From: Pseudomonas aeruginosa
GTDB lineage: Bacteria; Pseudomonadota; Gammaproteobacteria; Pseudomonadales; Pseudomonadaceae
Length of the DNA stretch: 32,000 nucleotides
Reading direction: 5' to 3'
NCBI RefSeq assembly: GCF_001457615.1
Contig: NZ_LN831024.1
Span: 120,001 to 152,000, forward strand
A program made the translations under genes and the position numbers. Shown piece after piece: positions 1 through 7,269 of the stretch (position 1 is its first letter; each line of letters begins with the position of its first letter). A model generated the notes under the pieces. That model saw nothing but the letters and a program-made list of their open reading frames with translations. It was not told the origin of the DNA and made no database searches.

Positions 1-57
1 GACGCCGGCGAACGCGCCGCCGCGCTGCTCAGCTATCGACGGGTGAGGGCTGCCTGA
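1..57 (+). CDS. 3' end of an upstream CDS running off the left edge (last 18 codons, ...DAGERAAALLSYRRVRAA*)
   Basis: Frame 1 is open from nt 1 to TGA at 55-57. That stop shares its A with the ATG at 57 (TGATG), so it is coupled to the next gene. The product cannot be called from 18 codons. By remembered synteny it would be PA0098. Confidence 0.35.
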   Translation, partial: DAGERAAALLSYRRVRAA

Positions 58-1217
58 TGGCCAACGAGGTGTACGCCAACAACATGGAGATCTCCTGCAA
101 GGCGGCGAGCGGCAAGTCCATCGCGGCCTTCCCGGATGTCTGCTTCACCCCGCCGCAGGCGCCGCCGACGCCGTTGGGGGTACCGATCCCCTACCCCAAT
201 ACCGGCCTGTCCAAGGACACCACCAAAGGTACCCGGACCATTCGCATCACCCGCAAGGAGGTGATGCTGAAGAACAAGAGCTACTACAAGACCAGCTACG
301 GCGACGAGCCGGGGCGGGCGCCGAAGAAGGGCATCGTCACCAGCAAGATCAAGGGCAAGGTGTACTTCACCTCCTGGTCGATGAACGTCAAGTTCGAAAG
401 CAAGAACGTGGTTCGCCACCTCGACCTGACCACCCACAACCACGCGTCCTTTCCTGGCAATACGCCGGTCTGGCCCTACCTCGACCAGGCCACCGTCGAT
501 GCTGGTGGTGGACCGTGCAGCAATGAAGTGAAGAAGGAGAAGAAGGATTGCGCTGACTTCAAGCCGCATGGCAGCAAGGATGCCTGCGCTGGCCTTGGCG
601 CGGGCAAGCCTTCCGGCAAGAAGACCAGCAACGAAGCTGACCGACTGGCAGACAAGGTCGCTGCCCGAAAATGCCTGACCGCGCGCCGGTGTGCCCTGCA
701 ACCGTACAAGCCGAACAGTTGCTGCCCGCAGCAGACCGCTCACCACCTGATCGAGGCCAGCGCCTTGCACGACAAGGGACGTGGTGGAAAAGGCTCGGTA
801 CCCCTCAAGGGGATATCCAACTATTCGGAGAACAAGGCTCCTTGCGTCTGCGCGGAGGGCGTCAATCAGAACGTGGGTACCCACGGCCTCATGCACACGT
901 TCCAGAGCGCTGCTGCCGCGAAGTCGCGCAGTGGAACCCTGCAATTGTCCAATGGCAGCTCCATCTCCGCGAAGAAGACCACCTACGGAACGGCGAAACG
1001 TCAATCCATGGCTGCCATGGGCAAGGTCTTTCCGCAGTCGAAATGCTCGAAGGAATGTCTGTCCGCTCAGCTCGACAACTATCACAAGCAGTGCGGAATC
1101 AACGCCAGAACACCCATCAAGGCCGTTGAAACCGGCCAGACCGACGTCACGGCTGCGACGCAGGCGATAAAGACCCGCAATGCGCGTCTTGGCGCCACGA
1201 GGAGTCGAGTCCGCTAG
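57..1217 (+). CDS. tse7: T6SS effector: PAAR-like (DUF4150) N-terminal domain fused to a GHH2-type HNH/EndoVII nuclease toxin domain (Tse7-like)
   Basis: 386-codon ORF. The N-terminal ~140 aa (FPDVCFTPP..PIPYPN..KVYFTSWSMNVKFE) read as a PAAR-like DUF4150 domain. A Lys-rich linker spans aa ~150-200. The C-terminal domain is Cys-rich (12 Cys after aa 150) and carries AHH (aa 228-230) and GTHGLMH (aa 274-280), the GHH2 nuclease signature. This matches my memory of PA0099. Confidence 0.9.
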   Translation: MANEVYANNMEISCKAASGKSIAAFPDVCFTPPQAPPTPLGVPIPYPNTGLSKDTTKGTRTIRITRKEVMLKNKSYYKTSYGDEPGRAPKKGIVTSKIKGKVYFTSWSMNVKFESKNVVRHLDLTTHNHASFPGNTPVWPYLDQATVDAGGGPCSNEVKKEKKDCADFKPHGSKDACAGLGAGKPSGKKTSNEADRLADKVAARKCLTARRCALQPYKPNSCCPQQTAHHLIEASALHDKGRGGKGSVPLKGISNYSENKAPCVCAEGVNQNVGTHGLMHTFQSAAAAKSRSGTLQLSNGSSISAKKTTYGTAKRQSMAAMGKVFPQSKCSKECLSAQLDNYHKQCGINARTPIKAVETGQTDVTAATQAIKTRNARLGATRSRVR

Positions 1218-1238
1218 TGACCGTTACAGGAGATTGAA

Positions 1239-2159
1239 ATGTTGAAGAAACTCTCGCCGATTTTCTCGAACATCACCGGCGTCGTCCGCTATCAGGACCT
1301 GGCGTACGTGGCCTCGGTATCCGACGAGATCCAGGAGCAGAACATAGCGCACAGCTATGTCACGGAGTGGGACTGCGGAACCTGGTGTGTTGCTGGCGAG
1401 GATGACGACATGCTGCCCTGGGAGATCGTGTCGGCCACGGTAGTGCACGAGCCGGTGGAACAAGCATTGTTTCTGGGCGCTCGGGGCCAGGTATTCTGCA
1501 TGGGCTCCGGCGACATCCATGAAGAGCAGTTGCCCGACGGCGACGATGCCATCGGTGGCCGGGGCAATATGCGCGGCGTTGCCTGTATCGACGGGGTGGC
1601 CTATGCCTGCGGGATGGATCGACAGGTCTACCGGCGCTTCGACGAGAACGACTGGCGTGCCATCGACAGCGGCGCTCGGCCTCCGGCAGGCAGCGAAGCG
1701 GTGGTCGGATTCGAGGCCATCGGCGGCTTCGGTGCCAGGGAAATCTATGCCGTCGGCTGGGACGGGGAGATCTGGCAGTACGACGGCAAGCGCTGGCAGC
1801 CCCGGGAGAGCCCGACGAACTTGATCCTGACGGCGATCTGCTGCGCGGAAGATGGCTCGGTTTACGCCTGTGGACAGGCGGGAACGCTGCTGCGTGGACG
1901 CAACGACCACTGGGAGATCATCGCCCAGGACGATGTCGATGAAGACTTGTGGAGCCTCGCGTGGTTCGACGGCGCACTCTACGTGTCGAGCGCAACGGCG
2001 GTCTATACGCTGGTCGGTGGCCATCTCAAGGAGGTGGACTTCGGTGATGAGCAACCCCAACGCTGCTTCCACCTTAGTGCTGCCGACGGCGTGTTGTGGA
2101 GCATCGCCGCGAAAGACATCTTCAGCTTCGACGGCCAGCAATGGACGCGCATAGATTGA
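1239..2159 (+). CDS. tsi7: Cognate immunity protein, beta-propeller-like repeat protein (Tsi7-like)
   Basis: 306-codon ORF with AGGAG at 1228-1232, 6 nt before the ATG, and 21 nt after the toxin stop. It has five to six ~40-aa repeats of the type YAxGxxGxhxxxxxxxW (aa 120-142, 169-188, 208-228, 247-266, 286-305). Its position directly 3' of the toxin gene fits an immunity role. Confidence 0.85.
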   Translation: MLKKLSPIFSNITGVVRYQDLAYVASVSDEIQEQNIAHSYVTEWDCGTWCVAGEDDDMLPWEIVSATVVHEPVEQALFLGARGQVFCMGSGDIHEEQLPDGDDAIGGRGNMRGVACIDGVAYACGMDRQVYRRFDENDWRAIDSGARPPAGSEAVVGFEAIGGFGAREIYAVGWDGEIWQYDGKRWQPRESPTNLILTAICCAEDGSVYACGQAGTLLRGRNDHWEIIAQDDVDEDLWSLAWFDGALYVSSATAVYTLVGGHLKEVDFGDEQPQRCFHLSAADGVLWSIAAKDIFSFDGQQWTRID

Positions 2160-3388
2160 GCATCGCAGCGATCGTCGACCAGCACGCCGAGGAAGCCGCC
2201 TTCCTTGCCCTGCTCCGCGACTACGCCGTGCGTGCGCCCCATTACGACCTGGAGGAGCTCGCCGAGCTCGATCAGCGCATCGAGGCGCACCTGGACGGCT
2301 TGGCGATCGCCGGCCAGGCCGGCCATGACGCCCTGCTCGAGCAACTCGACGCGCACGCCCAGGGCGAGGCGTTCGCCCTCGCGGTACTGGCCATGCAGGC
2401 AGGAGACGATGCGTTGATCGGCCGGATGCGCGCCTGTCTTGCGGCGTCTCCGGAAGCCCGGCGCGGTTTCGCCGCAGCCCTCGGCTGGCTCGACTGGGAC
2501 CAGGCGCGGCCCTGGGTGGAGCGCCTGCTGGCCTCGCCCGAGCCGCTGTTCCGCGCCATTGGCCTGGCCGCCTGCGGCATGCACCGGCATGACCCGGGGC
2601 CGGCGCTGCTGTCCGCCCTTGGCCACGCCGACCCGGCGGTGCTGGCGCGCGCCGCGCGCACCGCCGGCGAGCTGCGTCGGCGCGACCTGATGGCGAATAT
2701 TCGCGCCTATCGCGCCCACGATGACCCGAGCCTGCGCTTCTGGGCCAACTGGGCCACCGCGCAGATGGGCGACGAGGAGGCGTTGGGGCCATTGCGTGCG
2801 TTCGCCGGGCAGCCCGGCCCGTTCCAGCTGCCGGCGACCATGGTGCTGCTCGCCTGGCAGCCGCGCGACACCAGCATGGCCTGGATTCGCCAACTGATGC
2901 AGGCGGCGGACACGCGGCGGATCGGCATCCAGGCCACCGGCCTGTTCGGCGATCCGGTGGCGGTGCCCTGGCTGATCCAGCAGATGCGCGACGAGAGTCT
3001 GGCGCGGGTCGCCGGCGAGGCCTTCAGCCTGATCACCGGCGCCGACCTGGCGCTGCTCGACCTGGAGCTGGAGGCCTTGCCCGACTACGACCCTGGCCCC
3101 AACGACGATCCCGACGACGAAGACGTCGCCCTCGACGACGATGAGAACCTCACCTGGCCGGACGCGGCACGGGTTACCGCCTGGTGGCGGGACCACGGCG
3201 CGCGCTTCGTCGCCGGGCGCGCCTACCTGCTCGGCGAACCGCTGGGCGAGGCGCACTGCCGCCAGGTCCTGCGCGACGGCCAGCAACGCCAGCGAATGGC
3301 TGCGGCGTGCCTGCTGGCGCGCTTCGTGCCGAACCTGCCGCTGTTCCCCACCGGTGCGCCGGTGCGCCGCCAACTGGACCTGTTCTGA
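2141..3388 (+). CDS. Uncharacterised Ala/Leu-rich HEAT-like repeat protein (TIGR02270-type, from memory), third gene of the effector module
   Basis: The ORF track starts at 2096, but the ATG at 2141 gives MDAHRLSIAAIVDQHAEEAAFL... and overlaps the tsi7 stop by 19 nt. It contains repeated helical units (..DPAVLARAARTAGELRRRD.., ..DDPSLRFWANWATAQMGDEEALGPL..). An acidic patch PDYDPGPNDDPDDEDVALDDDENL lies near aa 305-330. Confidence 0.75.
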   Translation: MDAHRLSIAAIVDQHAEEAAFLALLRDYAVRAPHYDLEELAELDQRIEAHLDGLAIAGQAGHDALLEQLDAHAQGEAFALAVLAMQAGDDALIGRMRACLAASPEARRGFAAALGWLDWDQARPWVERLLASPEPLFRAIGLAACGMHRHDPGPALLSALGHADPAVLARAARTAGELRRRDLMANIRAYRAHDDPSLRFWANWATAQMGDEEALGPLRAFAGQPGPFQLPATMVLLAWQPRDTSMAWIRQLMQAADTRRIGIQATGLFGDPVAVPWLIQQMRDESLARVAGEAFSLITGADLALLDLELEALPDYDPGPNDDPDDEDVALDDDENLTWPDAARVTAWWRDHGARFVAGRAYLLGEPLGEAHCRQVLRDGQQRQRMAAACLLARFVPNLPLFPTGAPVRRQLDLF

Positions 3389-3651
3389 TAGCTGGCTGGC
3401 ACCGGGCGGCCAGGTCATGGCCGCTGGCGCGGTGCGCCGGGTTTTCCCATTCGACGAATTTCCCTGCACGTAGCCAACCGGTTGACTGAAACCTTTCACC
3501 ACTTATGCGGGGCGAATGGAAATGCCACTCGTTTGCCATGATAGCCTGTCGACATCCTCTGGAAATATCGTGAAAAAAGCTGGCAACGTGCGAGATAGAG
3601 GGATTTTTTAATTTATGGTTAAGCTTCGGGCATTAGCGTTGAGCACCAGAA

Positions 3652-3667
3652 GTGACCGATCGGTCAC
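3652..3667. promoter_or_regulatory. Perfect 16-bp palindrome GTGACCGATCGGTCAC (candidate operator) upstream of the carbonic anhydrase gene
   Basis: Read directly from the sequence. It lies in an AT-richer intergenic stretch (53 G+C in the 120 nt 3541-3660 by my count), about 100 nt upstream of the ATG at 3764. Confidence 0.3.
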
Positions 3668-3763
3668 GTAGGTCGCTCTGCGTTTGTTGTGCCTTTTTCC
3701 TATGGGGAAAGCGTCGGCAGACGTGGGAAAATTCAATCGATCCACTCATCGAGGTTCCGAACC

Positions 3764-4491
3764 ATGCCAGACCGTATGCGGGGCGTTAAGTCCGATTCTC
3801 CAGAGCAGGAAAGCGCTGACGATGCATTGAAAAGGATTGTCGATGGATTCCAGCATTTCCGCCGGGAGGTCTTTCCCGAGCAGCAGGCGCTGTTCAAGAA
3901 GCTCGCCAATAGCCAGCGGCCGCGGGCGATGTTCATCACCTGCGCGGATTCGCGCATCGTTCCCGAGCTGATCACCCAGAGTTCCCCCGGCGACCTGTTC
4001 GTCACCCGCAACGTCGGCAACGTGGTGCCGCCCTACGGGCAGATGAACGGTGGCGTCTCCACCGCCATCGAATACGCTGTGCTGGCGCTGGGCGTGCACC
4101 ACATCATCGTCTGCGGCCACTCCGACTGCGGGCGATGCGCGCCGTGCTCGACCCGCAGACCCTGGAACGCATGCCGACGGTCAAGGCCTGGCTGCGGCAC
4201 GCCGAGGTGGCACGCACGGTGGTGGCGGACAACTGCGACTGCGGCGCCAGCCACGACACCCTCGGGGTGCTCACCGAAGAGAACGTGGTGGCCCAACTCG
4301 ATCACCTGCGCACCCACCCCTCGGTGGCCTCGCGCCTGGCCAGCGGGCAACTGTTCATCCACGGCTGGGTGTACGACATAGAGAGTGCGCAGATCCGCGC
4401 CTACGACGCCAAGCAGGGTCGCTTCCTGCCCCTCGACGGCGAGCATCCGGTGCCGATGGCCACGCCCGCGCCGCGCTACCTGAACTCGTGA
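3764..4491 (+). pseudogene. psCA1: Beta-class carbonic anhydrase interrupted by a 1-nt deletion-type frameshift near 4130-4133
   Basis: The ATG at 3764 has GAGG 10 nt upstream. Frame 2 encodes the N-terminal half with CADSR and VCGHSDCG zinc-ligand motifs, then turns into an Arg/Cys/Trp-rich tail ending at 4381. The conserved continuation (A)[27 protein letters not shown]...[11 protein letters not shown] is in frame 1 (ORF 4135-4491). Adding one nt after GACTGCGG would give a single 242-codon ORF reading CGAMRAVL. Confidence 0.8.
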
Positions 4492-4494
4492 TAG

Positions 4495-4515
4495 CGGCGG
4501 CCGTGCGGGCCGCCG
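4495..4515 (+). terminator. GC hairpin just after the carbonic anhydrase stop (weak terminator candidate)
   Basis: CGGCGGCC-GTGCG-GGCCGCCG forms an 8-bp stem. There is no adjacent T-run (TTTT only ~20 nt later). Confidence 0.3.
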
Positions 4516-4701
4516 GATAACAACAGCGTTTTCGCGTCACCTTTCGCCGTTCCTGCCATGGACGACCTCTGGGAAGCCCCGTTCCGGGGCTGAACGGGTC
4601 GCTATTACAAGAAAAAACACACTGCGCACACACAACCGGCGCCGGGCCTGGTCCTGGCGTCGCTCCCTCGTCGTGGAAAAAATTCGCAGGAGAACTGTGC
4701 C

Positions 4702-6273
4702 ATGCATGTTTCAAAGGTGTTTCCGTCCCTCCGGGACACGTTGCCGCGGGACCTGATGGCCTCCGTGGTGGTGTTCCTCGTCGCCCTGCCGCTGTGCATG
4801 GGCATCGCCATCGCCTCCGGGATGCCGCCGGCCAAGGGCCTGCTCACCGGCATCGTCGGTGGCCTGGTGGTCGGCTTCCTGGCCGGCTCGCCGCTACAGG
4901 TCAGCGGCCCGGCGGCCGGCCTCGCGGTGCTGGTCTTCGAACTGGTGCGTACCTACGGGGTGGCCATGCTCGGGCCGATCCTGCTGCTCGCCGGCGCCAT
5001 CCAGCTGCTCGCCGGGCGGCTGCGTCTGGGCTGCTGGTTCCGGGTCACCTCGCCGGCGGTGGTATACGGGATGCTCGCCGGCATCGGCATCCTCATCGTC
5101 CTTTCGCAATTGCACGTGATGCTCGACCTGGCGCCCAAGGCGTCCGGCCTCGACAACCTGCTGGCATTCCCCCAGGCGGCGTTCGCCGCGCTCGGTTCGC
5201 TGGGCATGGACAGCGGCCTCGACGCGGCGCTGCTCGGGCTGGGCACCATCGCGGTGATGTGGGGCTGGGACAAGCTGCGTCCGCAACGCCTGCGCTTCCT
5301 ACCCGGTGCGCTGCTCGGCGTGAGCCTGGCGACCCTGGCCAGCCTCTGGCTGGCGCTGGACGTGCGGCGGGTCGAGGTACCGGCCAACCTCGGCGAGGCC
5401 ATCGACTGGCTACGCCCGGCCGACCTGCTGGCCCTGGCCGATCCCTCCCTGCTGCTGGCGGCGGTGGTGGTGGCCTTCATCGCCAGTGCGGAGACCCTGC
5501 TCTCGGCGGCGGCGGTGGATCGCCTGCACGACGGCCCGCGCTCGGACATGGATCGCGAGTTGTCCGCCCAGGGTGTCGGCAACATGCTCTGCGGCCTGCT
5601 CGGCGCGCTGCCGATGACCGGGGTGATCGTACGCAGCTCGGCCAACGTCAATGCCGGTGCGCGAACCCGCGCCTCGGCGATCTTTCACGGCCTCTGGTTG
5701 CTCGCCTTCGTCCTCCTGCTCGGCAGCCTGCTGCGGCAGATTCCGGTGGCGAGCCTGGCCGGGGTGCTGGTCTATACCGGGGTCAAGCTGGTCGATTTCA
5801 AGGCCCTCGGCAACCTCTCTCGCTACGGCCGGATACCGATGCTGGTGTACGCGGCCACCGCACTGGCCATCGTCTTCACCGACCTGCTGACCGGCGTGCT
5901 GGTGGGCTTCGCCCTGACCCTGCTGAAGCTGGTGCTGAAGGCGGCGCGGCTGAAGATCGCCCTGCGCTACACCGGCGAGCATGAAGCCGAGCTGCGCCTG
6001 AGCGGCGCCGCGACTTTCCTCAAGGTGCCGGCGCTGTCGCGGGTGCTCGACGAGGTCAAGCCGGGGACCACCCTGCACGTACCGATGGATAACCTCAGCT
6101 ATGTCGACCATGCCTGCATGGAGCTGCTCGAGGATTGGGGGCGGATGGCACCGGTGCAGGGCTCGCGCCTGGTGATCGAACCGCGCGCCTTGAAGCGTCG
6201 CCTGGAAGGGCGCCTGCGCGGCAGCGTCGGGTTGGGCGGCGCGCGCAATGGCGGGGCGGTCAGCCCAGGCTGA
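4702..6273 (+). CDS. SulP-family anion (sulfate/bicarbonate-type) transporter with C-terminal STAS domain
   Basis: 523-codon ORF with AGGAG 8 nt upstream. The translation has many hydrophobic TM segments, then a soluble C-terminal domain (ELRLSGAATFLKVPALSRVLDEV..VDHACMELLEDW) typical of STAS. Confidence 0.9.
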   Translation: MHVSKVFPSLRDTLPRDLMASVVVFLVALPLCMGIAIASGMPPAKGLLTGIVGGLVVGFLAGSPLQVSGPAAGLAVLVFELVRTYGVAMLGPILLLAGAIQLLAGRLRLGCWFRVTSPAVVYGMLAGIGILIVLSQLHVMLDLAPKASGLDNLLAFPQAAFAALGSLGMDSGLDAALLGLGTIAVMWGWDKLRPQRLRFLPGALLGVSLATLASLWLALDVRRVEVPANLGEAIDWLRPADLLALADPSLLLAAVVVAFIASAETLLSAAAVDRLHDGPRSDMDRELSAQGVGNMLCGLLGALPMTGVIVRSSANVNAGARTRASAIFHGLWLLAFVLLLGSLLRQIPVASLAGVLVYTGVKLVDFKALGNLSRYGRIPMLVYAATALAIVFTDLLTGVLVGFALTLLKLVLKAARLKIALRYTGEHEAELRLSGAATFLKVPALSRVLDEVKPGTTLHVPMDNLSYVDHACMELLEDWGRMAPVQGSRLVIEPRALKRRLEGRLRGSVGLGGARNGGAVSPG

Positions 6274-6898
6274 GTTCCACCCCGAGCTGCTTCGACAGGC
6301 ACGGCCACTGCTGCCAGGCGGCGACCACCCGCGGGTTCTTCAGGTTCTCGCGGTAGGCGCGGGCCGAGTCGGCGTCGAAGGTGGTGGCGTCGAGCATGTT
6401 CTCCACCGCATGGTGGACGGCTTCGTCCAGCCGGTTGGCGAAGGGCTCGCCGATCAACTGGTGGGCCACCAGGTTGGCTACGGTGGTGTCCAGTGGGATC
6501 AGTGCCTGGCCGAAGTGGGCGATGTAGCGGTCGTTCACTTCTTCCACCAGGCGGTGCGCCAGGTAGGCTTCGTCGAGCAGGGCGTCGAGGCCGTCGTGGC
6601 CGGCGAGCAACGCCGGCGGGGTGAGGAAGAACTGCTCGGCGACCTTCAGCACCGGCTTGATCCGTTCCTCGATGCCGGCTTCGCGGGCCACGCTGTTGGC
6701 GGCGTCGAGCAGGTCCGGTACCTGTTCGACGTAGGCGTGGACGAAGCGGGTGAGTATGTCTTCCGTGTTCTCGCCTTGCGGCTGGATGGTGCGATGCAGG
6801 CGGGGCAGGCGGCTGGCTATCAGATCAGCCAGGTGACCGTGGCGGGCTTCGCTGAGGTGCGCCTGCTGGATGAGTTCACGGAGGGCAGCGGTGTTCAT
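6260..6898 (-). CDS. Hypothetical helical, acidic, His-rich protein (no family recognised)
   Basis: The ORF is open for 216 codons from 6910. The ATG at 6898 (MNTAALREL...) has GGGAGA 5 nt upstream, so I prefer it. Codon usage is GC3-rich like the neighbours. The 3' end overlaps the SulP 3' end by 14 nt (convergent). Confidence 0.65.
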   Translation of the reverse strand: MNTAALRELIQQAHLSEARHGHLADLIASRLPRLHRTIQPQGENTEDILTRFVHAYVEQVPDLLDAANSVAREAGIEERIKPVLKVAEQFFLTPPALLAGHDGLDALLDEAYLAHRLVEEVNDRYIAHFGQALIPLDTTVANLVAHQLIGEPFANRLDEAVHHAVENMLDATTFDADSARAYRENLKNPRVVAAWQQWPCLSKQLGVELSLG

Positions 6899-7098
6899 GG
6901 GGTCTCCCATACAACGGGGATGGTGAAGAAGAGGAGAAACATAGCCGGCGGCGCGCGCCGGCTAAGACGCGATTGTCATAATCGCTTCGTGGTTATGCGA
7001 GGATGATATATCAGGCGGCCACCATTCGCCTGCAAAGCCACGCCGCTCGCGGCTTTTAGAGAAGAATCGGCACTTTCCAGCGACGTTTTTACGCTGCG

Positions 7099-7126
7099 TT
7101 GTTATGTCGCAGCCGCTGTCTATACT
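7099..7126 (+). promoter_or_regulatory. Candidate sigma70/sigmaS promoter for coxB: TTGTTA-16 nt-cTATACT
   Basis: -35 TTGTTA at 7099-7104, a 16-nt spacer, and -10 TATACT at 7121-7126 preceded by C (TCTATACT resembles the sigmaS extended -10). It is about 145 nt upstream of the coxB ATG. Confidence 0.35.
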
Positions 7127-7269
7127 CCCACTCGAATGCTGAACCTGATGAACCCGGCCTGCCTTGCTGTGTGCCGAGGTGCGACGGTCAAAGTTCGTTG
7201 TCTTGGCGGTCCACCCCTTGGCCGTTGGCGTCTGCCGGCGGGATAAAAACAACGATAAGGGGAACCCGA

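Noticed and set aside
3689-3763. A GTG-initiated 25-codon N-terminal extension of the carbonic anhydrase ORF.
   Set aside because: The ATG at 3764 has a GAGG at ideal spacing and gives the family-typical N-terminus. The extension lies in AT-rich promoter-like DNA.
4120-4140. Programmed ribosomal frameshifting as an explanation for the split carbonic anhydrase.
   Set aside because: There is no slippery heptamer (the site is GAC UGC GGG CGA), no downstream pseudoknot or hairpin I can see, and the family is normally encoded by a single uninterrupted ORF. A mutation or sequence error is far more likely.
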